Shown here: piece by piece, positions 40,725 through 49,560 of the stretch
How positions within the stretch are numbered: position 1 is the stretch's first letter
Layout: every line of letters starts with the position of its first letter
From: Minisyncoccia bacterium
Lineage (GTDB): Bacteria; Patescibacteriota; Minisyncoccia; Phycocordibacterales; CAJBRS01
Assembly: GCA_038215155.1 (NCBI GenBank)
Contig: JBBQRF010000003.1
Span: forward strand, 553 to 64,552
Direction of reading: 5' to 3'
DNA length: 64,000 bases
Notes under the pieces: model-generated
Told to the model about the DNA's origin: nothing
Seen by the model: only the letters and a program-made list of their open reading frames with translations
Database searches by the model: none
Translations under genes and position numbers: made by a program

Positions 40725-41792
40725 ATGATTATTGCCCATATTGATATGGACGCTTTTTTCGCTTCTGTTGAGGAGCGAGACAAACCATACTTAAAAGACC
40801 TACCTATTGTCATTGGAGCAGATCCGGCGGGGGGTACAGGCAGAGGGGTAGTCTCTACTGCTAATTATTTGGCTCGAGAATACGGTATCCATTCCGCTAT
40901 GCCTATTAGTAAAGCATGGCGCCTCTCTGAAGAGGCAGGAAAAAGGGGTAAACCCAAGGTAGTCTTTCTAGCGGGCGCTCATGATAGATATGGCCAAATT
41001 TCCTCACAAATTATGGCTATTTTGCGGAAATTTGGCCCTTTAGAAATCGCCAGTGTAGACGAAGGTTATTTAGATCTAAGCCACTTAAAAAGCTTTAAAA
41101 AAGCCACTCTGATGGCGAAGGAAATTAAAAAGGAAATTAAGAGAACGGAAAAATTAACCGCTTCAATTGGCATTGGATCCAATAAGATGATGGCAAAAAT
41201 TGCTTCAGGCAGTCAGAAGCCAGATGGTCTAACTGTCATAAAAAATCAGCAAGTAAAAAAATTTCTTCAGAAGCGGGATATTAGAGATATTCCAGGCATC
41301 GGTCCTCAAACGGAGAAAGAATTTCATAAGTTAAAAATTTTTACTATCGGTGATCTTCAAAAAATAGATGATCAGTATTTATTTGAGTATTTCGGTAAGT
41401 GGGGAAGGGAATTGGCAGTGCGAGCAAAGGGTATTGATACTTCACCCTTAATCACTAATTGGATTTCTAAATCTATCGGTGAGCAGGAGACTTTTGAAGA
41501 GGATATAAAAGATTATCGTCAGATTTTTCCCATTATGGAGAGGATGGCCAAAAGTATTCATCACCATTTAATACAAGAAGGTTTTAAATCTTATAAAAAA
41601 GTAGTCATAACAACCCGCTTTGCCGATTTTGAGACCCGTACTCATTCCAATACGTTCAAGAGGATGGACAACTCTTCCCATACCCTTTACCACCAAGCTC
41701 TATCACTACTAATGCCCTTTTTAGACAGAAGAAAAAATCCCTTTTATAAGAAGTTTCGATTGATCGGAGTCCGTGTTGAAAACCTGGAATAA
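40725..41792 (+). CDS. dinB: DNA polymerase IV
   Basis: HIDMDAFFASVE, ANY.AR.YG, SVDEGYLD, AKIAS...KPDG and IPGIG motifs. Confidence 0.96.
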   Translation: MIIAHIDMDAFFASVEERDKPYLKDLPIVIGADPAGGTGRGVVSTANYLAREYGIHSAMPISKAWRLSEEAGKRGKPKVVFLAGAHDRYGQISSQIMAILRKFGPLEIASVDEGYLDLSHLKSFKKATLMAKEIKKEIKRTEKLTASIGIGSNKMMAKIASGSQKPDGLTVIKNQQVKKFLQKRDIRDIPGIGPQTEKEFHKLKIFTIGDLQKIDDQYLFEYFGKWGRELAVRAKGIDTSPLITNWISKSIGEQETFEEDIKDYRQIFPIMERMAKSIHHHLIQEGFKSYKKVVITTRFADFETRTHSNTFKRMDNSSHTLYHQALSLLMPFLDRRKNPFYKKFRLIGVRVENLE

Positions 41793-41866
41793 ACTAAGAA
41801 AAGGTGTTATATTTAAGCGGTTAAAGTAAAGAGGTCGATTTATTAAAAAAATAAATTAACAAAACA

Positions 41867-42238
41867 ATGGCAAAAACTTTGGCAATGATTATTGGGGCTG
41901 TTTTCGTGGTAGTAGGGCTTCTCGGCTTCGTCGGAGGCGCTGGTATCGTGGGACCTAATGGAATTTTTGCAACAGACACCGCACATGATTTCGTTCACCT
42001 CCTTTCTGGTCTAGTTATCTTGATTGTGGCTTTTGCTGCACCACGGTCTTCCTCAACAGTACTAAAGGTTTTCGGAATCGTTTATCTTTTACTAACTCTT
42101 ATTGGTTTCCTCGTCCCCGGTCTACTCGGTAGCTTAATTGCGTTCAATCCTGCTGACAATTATCTTCATCTATTTCTGGGAATTGTTATTACTTGGGCTG
42201 GTTTCAGTACCAAGAACAATGATATGGCAATGGCCTAA
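41867..42238 (+). CDS. DUF4383-like membrane protein
   Basis: Four TM segments with H..VHL and DNYLHL motifs. Confidence 0.8.
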   Translation: MAKTLAMIIGAVFVVVGLLGFVGGAGIVGPNGIFATDTAHDFVHLLSGLVILIVAFAAPRSSSTVLKVFGIVYLLLTLIGFLVPGLLGSLIAFNPADNYLHLFLGIVITWAGFSTKNNDMAMA

Positions 42239-42257
42239 ATTAACTTAATCTATTTTT

Positions 42258-42296
42258 CGAACCCCCGCGGCTGCCCTTGGCAGCCGCGGGGGTTCG
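42258..42296 (+). terminator. GC-rich hairpin, likely terminator
   Basis: CGAACCCCCGCGGCTGCC-CTT-GGCAGCCGCGGGGGTTCG. Confidence 0.6.
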
Positions 42297-42321
42297 CCTA
42301 ATAGACTTGTTATAATTCATC

Positions 42322-42957
42322 ATGCCATCCGTCATTATATTCATGAAGCGAAATTATTTAATCTTATTTGTACTTCTACTTTTAATACTTGGCGCCTTAT
42401 TGTTTTGGAGAAATAAAGAGGTTGCTCCGAAAGTTGCCACCACCGCTACTTCCACTAGTGGCATTTTAAATTTTTATGAATGTGTAGCTGCCGGTTTTCC
42501 TACTACTCCGGGCTATCCGCGCGAATGCCAAGTACCAAACGGCGCTGCTTTCATTGAAGATTTGGTCCCAAATAATGGAAATCTCCCTCCAGCCGCCACA
42601 AGCACCACTCATTCCTCTTCGGTCACCTCTTATAAAGATTTGGTTCGTTTAGACAATCTCAACCCTAACGATCTAATTAAAAGTCCTTTTATTTTAAAGG
42701 GAGAGGCCCGCGGCAGCTGGTTTTTTGAGGGTAGTTTCCCTGTAGAGATATTAGACTCTAATGGAAACATTATCGGTAGAGGCATCGCCAAAGCCACTTC
42801 AGATTGGATGACCTCCAATTACGTACCATTTACTGTTACTGTTACTTTTAAAAATAACTCACCCATCAATCGGGGCTTCCTAGTTATACGTAAGGATAAT
42901 CCTTCGGGAGATCCTAGCCGTGATGATTCTTGGAGGTTACCTGTAAGTTTTAATTAA
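42322..42957 (+). CDS. Gmad2 Ig-like domain protein
   Basis: F.EC.AAG.P....PR.C, GEARGSWFFEGSFP and KDNPSG motifs. Confidence 0.8.
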   Translation: MPSVIIFMKRNYLILFVLLLLILGALLFWRNKEVAPKVATTATSTSGILNFYECVAAGFPTTPGYPRECQVPNGAAFIEDLVPNNGNLPPAATSTTHSSSVTSYKDLVRLDNLNPNDLIKSPFILKGEARGSWFFEGSFPVEILDSNGNIIGRGIAKATSDWMTSNYVPFTVTVTFKNNSPINRGFLVIRKDNPSGDPSRDDSWRLPVSFN

Positions 42958-42964
42958 AAATAAT

Positions 42965-43237
42965 ATGCCCGAATTAATTCACGCAGATATTTTCTTTCTT
43001 GTCACCACTATCGTCACTATAATTATTGGCCTGGCTCTTCTAATAGCTATTGTTTATTTAATTCAAATTCTTCGCGACCTTAAACATATTTCTAGAAAGA
43101 TTAAGGAAGAAGGCGAAGAAGCCATTGAAGATTTTCGTCAATGGCGAACGGAGGTGAGGACTGAAGGTTTCAATTTTAGTCACTTTTTCACTTTCTTTCG
43201 GAAATTGTTAAAGAAAAATAAGAGTCGTAAAAATTAA
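42965..43237 (+). CDS. Small membrane protein
   Basis: One TM segment followed by an amphipathic helix. Confidence 0.65.
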   Translation: MPELIHADIFFLVTTIVTIIIGLALLIAIVYLIQILRDLKHISRKIKEEGEEAIEDFRQWRTEVRTEGFNFSHFFTFFRKLLKKNKSRKN

Positions 43238-43257
43238 TAATAAAATTAAAAAAATAT

Positions 43258-43713
43258 ATGGCAACCAAAAAAACAAACAAAACAAACAAAGGGAATAACG
43301 TTATGACGAATGTTGGGATTGGAGCAGCGGTCGCAGCGGCCGCCGCTGGGGCTTACTTCTTATACGGAACGGACAAAGGAAAGAAGCAGAGACATAAGAT
43401 GGAGAAGTGGACAGTAGACGCTCGAAAGGAAGTAGTCAAGCAAATTGAAAAACTGAAGGATGTTAATGAGGATGCATATCACTCAGTTGTGGATAATGTG
43501 GCCTTACGTTATAAGAAATTAAAAGATATTAACCCAGCAGAAATAGCTGCCTTAGCTATTGAGCTTAAGGGCCATTGGAATAACATCCAACGCGAATTTA
43601 AGAAAAGTAAAAACACCGTTAGTAAGATCTCCAAAGTCAGTGGCAAAAAAGTTGGTCAAATCAAGAGAGCAGTAAAAAGTCCAAAGACTAAAAAGACTCC
43701 TAAGTCAAAATAG
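43258..43713 (+). CDS. YtxH-like membrane-anchored basic protein
   Basis: GAAVAAAAAGAYFLYG..GKK.R motif; Lys-rich tail. Confidence 0.65.
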   Translation: MATKKTNKTNKGNNVMTNVGIGAAVAAAAAGAYFLYGTDKGKKQRHKMEKWTVDARKEVVKQIEKLKDVNEDAYHSVVDNVALRYKKLKDINPAEIAALAIELKGHWNNIQREFKKSKNTVSKISKVSGKKVGQIKRAVKSPKTKKTPKSK

Positions 43714-43732
43714 TATAAAATGAGGCTATCAT

Positions 43733-43930
43733 ATGGATTTTCATAGCCTCAATATTAATCATTACGTTTGCAAAGGCGAATGCCGGACGGTTTCAGAAAA
43801 CCCCGGCATTTGTCCTATCTCTAGCTGTTCAAAAAAAGGGGAACCACTAGTTTCTTGCACCTGCGGAGACGGCCGTCATACTGAGATCTGGTTTCGCGAT
43901 ACACCCTCTCTTACCATTGAAGGATTCTGA
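43733..43930 (+). CDS. Small Cys-rich putative metal-binding protein
   Basis: YVC.GEC......PG.C....C...G.PL..C.C.DG.H. Confidence 0.65.
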   Translation: MDFHSLNINHYVCKGECRTVSENPGICPISSCSKKGEPLVSCTCGDGRHTEIWFRDTPSLTIEGF

Positions 43931-43951
43931 TTAACTTTATAGAATGAAGTG

Positions 43952-44863
43952 ATGAAGCTAATCCGACCACTGCTAATCTTATTCCTTATTATTCTGGCCG
44001 CCTTCTTTCTCCAAAATAAATCTTTTGATTTAAAAAATCTATTCAGTCAATTTCCGGCCAACCTCAATTTTACTAAGATTGAGAACTCTTCTACACAGAT
44101 TGCCAGTAACGTTAAAGATGAAATAAAAACCCTGGCCGAAAATTTACCGCCGCCCTTGAAAGCCCTTTCTAGCGGCGGCGCTCTTTCTTCCACGGCCGTC
44201 TTATCCAATTCCGAAATTATTCGCTTGACTAATAAAGAACGCAAAGACAATGGAAATTTAGTGTCCCTTTCGGAAAATGCCAAGCTGGACGCAGCAGCTC
44301 TGGATAAGGTCAAAGACATGTTTGCTAAGCAATACTTCGAACATGTTTCTCCTACTGGAGTAGGTCCAGCCGACCTTGCTAAAAGGGAAGATTATCAATA
44401 TATCGTTATCGGTGAAAATTTGGCTCTAGGAAATTTTAAAGACGATCAGGCCCTGCTCGATGCCTGGATGAATAGTCCGGGCCACCGAGCTAATATTTTA
44501 AACAGTCGTTTTAGACAGATGGGCGCCGCCGTAGTGAAAGGCACTTACAATGGTCAAAAAGTCTGGCTTGCCGTTCAAGAATTCGGTCTTCCTCTCTCCT
44601 CCTGCCCTAAGGCGGATGCCACCCTCCTTCAGACAATTGAAAATTTAAAAACCGATTTAAATATTAAAGAGCAAGATTTAGAAACAAAAAGAGCGGAAAT
44701 CAATAATGCCAATCCTAAATCGGGAGACGCTTACAACCAGAAAGTCAGCGCTTATAACCAAGCGGTGATTGCCTATAACGCTGAGCTTCAAGTGATTAAA
44801 AACGACATCGCTACTTATAATGCAGAAGTAAATAAATTTAATAGCTGTGCCGGTAATTCCTAA
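43952..44863 (+). CDS. CAP/SCP-domain protein
   Basis: TN.ER, YFEH, GENLA and WMNSPGHRANIL motifs; coiled-coil tail. Confidence 0.92.
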   Translation: MKLIRPLLILFLIILAAFFLQNKSFDLKNLFSQFPANLNFTKIENSSTQIASNVKDEIKTLAENLPPPLKALSSGGALSSTAVLSNSEIIRLTNKERKDNGNLVSLSENAKLDAAALDKVKDMFAKQYFEHVSPTGVGPADLAKREDYQYIVIGENLALGNFKDDQALLDAWMNSPGHRANILNSRFRQMGAAVVKGTYNGQKVWLAVQEFGLPLSSCPKADATLLQTIENLKTDLNIKEQDLETKRAEINNANPKSGDAYNQKVSAYNQAVIAYNAELQVIKNDIATYNAEVNKFNSCAGNS

Positions 44864-44864
44864 T

Positions 44865-46070
44865 ATGTCATTTCTCGCCAATAATAATTTCACTCATTTT
44901 TTTGAGAATATTCCAGGAATTTTTCATAATTTTCATTTTCATGACACCTTGGACATTATTGTAGTAGCTTTCTTTGTTTACGTTATATTACTTTTTATTA
45001 AACAATCTCGTTCTTACTTTATTTTTAATACTATCCTGCTTCTTTTTATCTTAATCTACATTTCCCACACTCTTAACCTTGCTCTAACTCGAAAACTTTT
45101 TGAACCCTTGGTAACTTTCTTTGCTGTCATTTTCGTCATTGTTTTTCAAAGAGAGATCCGCCGCTTTTTTAAGTGGTTTGTGATTTCCAGAGAACGTTTT
45201 GGGCGGCCAATAAAGAAATTAACTAATGACGTAGCTAGTCTGATTGTGGAGGCTATTACTATTATGGCCAAGAAACGTACGGGCGCCCTGATTATTTTGT
45301 CTGGCGAGTATCCTCTAGACGATATAGTTGAAGGCGGTTTTCAATTAAACGGGGAAATTTCAGTAGCGCTTCTTCTCAGTATCTTTGATAATAAGACTCC
45401 GGGTCACGACGGCGCTATCTTAATTGAAAACAAAAAGATAAAGATTTTTGGCTTACACCTGCCGTTAGCGGAGGATTTTCGGACCTACAGTAATATGGGC
45501 ACCCGTCACCGAGCGGCCCTCGGAGTGGCAGAGAGGTCGGATGCATTGGTACTAGTAGTTTCTGAAGAAAGGGGAGTAGTTTCCGTAGCGGAGAAAGGAG
45601 CCCTTAGAACCATTCCTGACCCGGAGTCTCTCGGCAGTATTATTAGAAATTTTATGCACGAGAATATTCAGGAAAATCAGAATTTTTGGTATTACATTTT
45701 AGTGAATAATTTTTTTATCAAGATTTTATCTGTCCTAATTTCGTTTGCATTATGGGTGCTGCTAGTCTTTCAAGGAAACGTGGTTACGGAAGATCTTCTT
45801 GTTCCAGTAGAGTTTAATCATATTCCTGCCGAATTAATCGTGGCCAAGGTCATTCCCGTCGACGTTAAAATTTCCATTACTGGTGATAGTCGAGATGTTC
45901 AGAATCTTGGTCAAAATGACGTTAGGATTATAATAAATTTAGCCGGCACTGCTGCCGGCACAACAGCTGTAGATATAAGTAGAACTAATGTCGTCATGCC
46001 TTCTTACCTGACTTTAAATAACGTTAAGCCAAATAAAGTATTGGTAGGTTTACAAAAAGCCACACGTTAA
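44865..46070 (+). CDS. cdaA: Diadenylate cyclase CdaA fused to a TM and YbbR/CdaR domain
   Basis: 3 TM segments, VFQ.EIR, HDGA, GTRHRAA and VSEE.G; then KILSVLISFALW and a YbbR-like beta domain. Confidence 0.88.
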   Translation: MSFLANNNFTHFFENIPGIFHNFHFHDTLDIIVVAFFVYVILLFIKQSRSYFIFNTILLLFILIYISHTLNLALTRKLFEPLVTFFAVIFVIVFQREIRRFFKWFVISRERFGRPIKKLTNDVASLIVEAITIMAKKRTGALIILSGEYPLDDIVEGGFQLNGEISVALLLSIFDNKTPGHDGAILIENKKIKIFGLHLPLAEDFRTYSNMGTRHRAALGVAERSDALVLVVSEERGVVSVAEKGALRTIPDPESLGSIIRNFMHENIQENQNFWYYILVNNFFIKILSVLISFALWVLLVFQGNVVTEDLLVPVEFNHIPAELIVAKVIPVDVKISITGDSRDVQNLGQNDVRIIINLAGTAAGTTAVDISRTNVVMPSYLTLNNVKPNKVLVGLQKATR

Positions 46071-46076
46071 AAAATT

Positions 46077-47261
46077 ATGGATCAAGAAAAAACACTCTAT
46101 AAACCAAAGACCGTTCGGATTTTAATTTTAATTTATCTTGCTACACTTCTATACTCTATTCATTTTTTCTTTGTCTATTTCGTTAATTCTAGTTTTTTAA
46201 TTGGCTACTTTCAAAATACCGCTACAGTGGGGTTACTTTATAGTTTCGGCGCCTTTATAAATTTATTTATCTTTTTGAATATTGGAAAAATTCTCAATCG
46301 ATCGGGAAATTATCGACTGATGTTAGGATTAATAATTTTGGAGGCGATATGTTTAGGAGGTTTAGCTTACTTTCAAAATATTTATTTAATTGCGCTTCTT
46401 TTCATTTTTTCCCAAGCCTTAAATCCCATTTTGGTTTTTAATTTAGACATATTTTTAGAAAATTATTCTGCCAATGAAGAGACCGGTAGTATTCGGGGTG
46501 TTTTTCTAACCATGAATAGCATCCCTCCAGTAGTAGTGCCATTTATTAGTGGTTTAATTTTAACTAACTCCGAGTACTGGAAAGTCTACCTAGCGGCGGC
46601 AGCCTTTCTTCTGCCTCTTTTCTATATCATTTTCGCCAATTTTAATAGCTTTCGAGACCAGAAATATCATGAGACAAGCTCGCGAAAGTTAGGTAAGGAA
46701 TTAGAAGATAATCCTAATATTTACGATATCCTTTTTGATAACTTTCTTTTAAATTTTTTCTACGCCTGGATGGCTATTTATATGCCTATTTATCTACACA
46801 ATAATATTGGCTTTAGTTGGCCTCAAATTGGCACCTTGTTTTGTATTATGCTCTTACCTTTTGTATTTTTTCAGATTCCACTCGGCAGATTAGCTGACAG
46901 GAAGTATGGGGAGAAGGAGATTTTAATAATCGGCTTCATTATAATGTCGGTCTCCACTATTCTCATTCCTTATTTAACTACGCCTAATTTCCTGCTTTGG
47001 GCTATTTTACTTTTCATCACTCGAATGGGCGCTAGCTTCGTGGAAATATCGGCGGAGAGTTATTTTTTTAAGCAAGTCAGTGTGGCCAATATCCACCTTA
47101 TTGGACTTTTTAGGATGACGAAGAATCTGCCCTTTCTATTCGTTCCGGCACTGGCGTCATTGGTCTTACTATTCTTTTCCTATCAGTATGTCTTTTTAGT
47201 GCTCGGCCTAATCATGCTTACGGGCTTAAGGTACGCCTTTCTCTTGAAAGATACTAAGTAA
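46077..47261 (+). CDS. MFS transporter
   Basis: About 12 TM segments; GRLADRKYG motif. Confidence 0.88.
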   Translation: MDQEKTLYKPKTVRILILIYLATLLYSIHFFFVYFVNSSFLIGYFQNTATVGLLYSFGAFINLFIFLNIGKILNRSGNYRLMLGLIILEAICLGGLAYFQNIYLIALLFIFSQALNPILVFNLDIFLENYSANEETGSIRGVFLTMNSIPPVVVPFISGLILTNSEYWKVYLAAAAFLLPLFYIIFANFNSFRDQKYHETSSRKLGKELEDNPNIYDILFDNFLLNFFYAWMAIYMPIYLHNNIGFSWPQIGTLFCIMLLPFVFFQIPLGRLADRKYGEKEILIIGFIIMSVSTILIPYLTTPNFLLWAILLFITRMGASFVEISAESYFFKQVSVANIHLIGLFRMTKNLPFLFVPALASLVLLFFSYQYVFLVLGLIMLTGLRYAFLLKDTK

Positions 47262-47288
47262 AACGAAGGATCATTAAAGATCTTCCTA

Positions 47289-47370
47289 CCCGTCCGAACT
47301 ATTATCGAGGCGCGGCAGCCTATTTGGGCCCGCTAGGCCAAGTCTTACCATCGCTAATAGTTCGGACGGG
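47289..47370. other. Structured intergenic element (16-bp closing stem)
   Basis: CCCGTCCGAACTATTA...TAATAGTTCGGACGGG enclosing a 50-nt GC-rich interior. Confidence 0.55.
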
Positions 47371-47421
47371 CACTCATCTTTTTATAAGATAAAGTAAAAA
47401 AGACGAAGTTTTGGAGACTGG

Positions 47422-47620
47422 GCTCCCTCGATGCTCTTTCTTCGAGACTGCGCAGCCAATTAGAAAATAACAGCCAAAAAATTTGGTACCGTAGGCGCGC
47501 CTAGGCGGAGACGATAGCGGCGCAGGCAAATTTCTGGGCGCTTTATTTTCTTGATTGGCGAGCGAGAGCAAATCGCTAGTAAGCGATTATGCGTGCTCGC
47601 AGAAAGAGTATCGAGGGAGC
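47422..47620 (+). ncRNA. Candidate ~200-nt rod-like ncRNA (6S-like) or palindromic element
   Basis: Nested inverted repeats 47422-47441/47601-47620 and 47455-47470/47543-47559; mismatches read as G-U on the + strand. Confidence 0.35.
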
Positions 47621-47641
47621 GAAGGAGGTTTGTTCCTATCT

Positions 47642-49534
47642 CTAGACTCCTAAAATCACCGGTATCACAATCGGTCGCTTAGCCGTTTTCTGAAAGAGGA
47701 ACTTACCCACTGAATCCACCACATTATTCTTCACGTAATCAAAGTTAATTGGGTGCATGCCGGCTGCATTCTCTTCAATAGTTTTCTTGATTATGAAACG
47801 AGCTTGGCGGAGCAATTCTTGAGATTCTCTTAAATAAACAAATCCACGGGAAATAATGTCAGCCGATTTTTTTAATTTACCAGTTTGAGAATTAACGATA
47901 GCGATAATGACAAACATCCCGTCTTGTGCCAACATTTGTCGGTCACGGATCACTACTTCCTGAATATCACCGATAGAAAAACCATCTACCATTACCGTGC
48001 TTGAAGGAGCTTTCTCTTTCAAGGCCACAATTTTTTCGCCCTTATCTTGGATTTCTACGATAGTGCCATCGTCAGGAACAATAATATGATTTTTAGGCAT
48101 ACCCATATTTTCTGCTACGTCCGCATGCAACTTTAGGCGATAGTGATTGCCGTGAATAGGAATAAAGAACTTTGGCTTAAGCTTTCGGTGAAGCCATTCA
48201 ATTTCACCCCGATTACCATGACCGGTGGAATGAATATAAACATCAGAAGTCTGAATAGAAATAATTTTTGCTCCCAGTCGCGATAAGTTGTCCTTTAATT
48301 TATCCACGGATCTTTCATTACCCGGCACAATAGAAGAGGAAAGAAGAACGGTATCTCTATCGTTAATCTGAAAATATTTATGAGTTTTTGTGCCCATTCT
48401 CATCAAGGCGGCAAACTCATCTCCTTGAGCGCCAGTAGCCAGTACCACAATCTTATCTGGAGGATAGTCGCCCATATTTTGGGCAGAAATGACCGTACCT
48501 TTCTTAATCTCCAATAATCGAGCTTGCTCCAGAATATCAATATTATTCTTCATGCTACGTCCCTCAATGACTAATTTCTTCCCATATTTTTCACAAGCCT
48601 CGATAACTTTCATCATTCGCAGAATATGTGAGGCAAACATTCCAATGATCAACCGGCCTTTTATACTATGAATAATTTCTACCAGATTTTTATGGACTAG
48701 TTCTTCCGGAGTAGAGAAGCCAGGATTCTCGATGTTGGTCGATTCTCCTAAGAAAAGTAGAACTTTTTCTTTAGCAATGGCTGAGTATTCTTTATCTTCG
48801 TTTTCATCGGGAGTGCCATCGGTATGGGTGAGTTTGAAGTCACCAGCATTCACAATTTGTCCATACGGAGTTTCAATAATTACTCCCATTGCATCTGGAA
48901 TACTGTGCGTCACACCAAAAAATCTCACCGAAAGATTGCCGATTTTTAAACGGTCGTTATTTTCCACGATCTTATAATCAATGGTGGGGAGGTGAGGAAA
49001 TTCTGATTGGCGCTTCTTAATCATGAAGCCCGTAAGATTACGAGTATAAAGTGGGGGATTGCCAATTCGGTCCATAATGTAGGGAATGCCTCCAATATGG
49101 TCTAAGTGACCATGGGTAATGATGACGGCGCGGATTTTTTCCTTGCGCTCCTCTAAATACTTAGTGTTAGGAAGAATGTAGTCGATGCCTGGAGTATCTT
49201 CCTCTTTAAATTTAAAACCCATATCCATCACAATAATATCGCTACCAATTTCAATAGCAGTCATATTTTTGCCGATCTCCTCTACTCCACCTAAAGGAAT
49301 AATGCGAATATTTTCGCCTACAGGTGGAATTTTACCGGTTTCTTTCCGTCTCTCGGATTCCATGGTGGGCCGCGCCGAGGCGAAGCGTCGGCGCGGCATC
49401 TGTCGCTTTCTTTTTGGCTGCGGCCCCGGAGGGGCCGCATGATGCGGCCTGGAGCGCCGCCGCCCCTCTTCGTTAGCTTTTTCTTGAGCTTCGACAATAG
49501 TTTCCTTCAAACCGATATTATTTTCTTCTTTCAT
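47642..49534 (-). CDS. rnj: Ribonuclease J
   Basis: PLGGVEEIGKNM, THGHLDHIG, HSIPD, GDFK and PIHG motifs. Confidence 0.95.
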   Translation of the reverse strand: MKEENNIGLKETIVEAQEKANEEGRRRSRPHHAAPPGPQPKRKRQMPRRRFASARPTMESERRKETGKIPPVGENIRIIPLGGVEEIGKNMTAIEIGSDIIVMDMGFKFKEEDTPGIDYILPNTKYLEERKEKIRAVIITHGHLDHIGGIPYIMDRIGNPPLYTRNLTGFMIKKRQSEFPHLPTIDYKIVENNDRLKIGNLSVRFFGVTHSIPDAMGVIIETPYGQIVNAGDFKLTHTDGTPDENEDKEYSAIAKEKVLLFLGESTNIENPGFSTPEELVHKNLVEIIHSIKGRLIIGMFASHILRMMKVIEACEKYGKKLVIEGRSMKNNIDILEQARLLEIKKGTVISAQNMGDYPPDKIVVLATGAQGDEFAALMRMGTKTHKYFQINDRDTVLLSSSIVPGNERSVDKLKDNLSRLGAKIISIQTSDVYIHSTGHGNRGEIEWLHRKLKPKFFIPIHGNHYRLKLHADVAENMGMPKNHIIVPDDGTIVEIQDKGEKIVALKEKAPSSTVMVDGFSIGDIQEVVIRDRQMLAQDGMFVIIAIVNSQTGKLKKSADIISRGFVYLRESQELLRQARFIIKKTIEENAAGMHPINFDYVKNNVVDSVGKFLFQKTAKRPIVIPVILGV

Positions 49535-49560
49535 ATTTTTTCAAAATTTAAAATTTTAGA

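Noticed and set aside
47289-47370. SRP RNA or fluoride riboswitch
   Set aside because: Lacks the SRP domain IV CAGG..GGAA..AGCAG motif, and it is not located in a 5' leader.
47374-47571. 65-aa minus-strand ORF
   Set aside because: Runs through the palindromic element and has no protein-like features.
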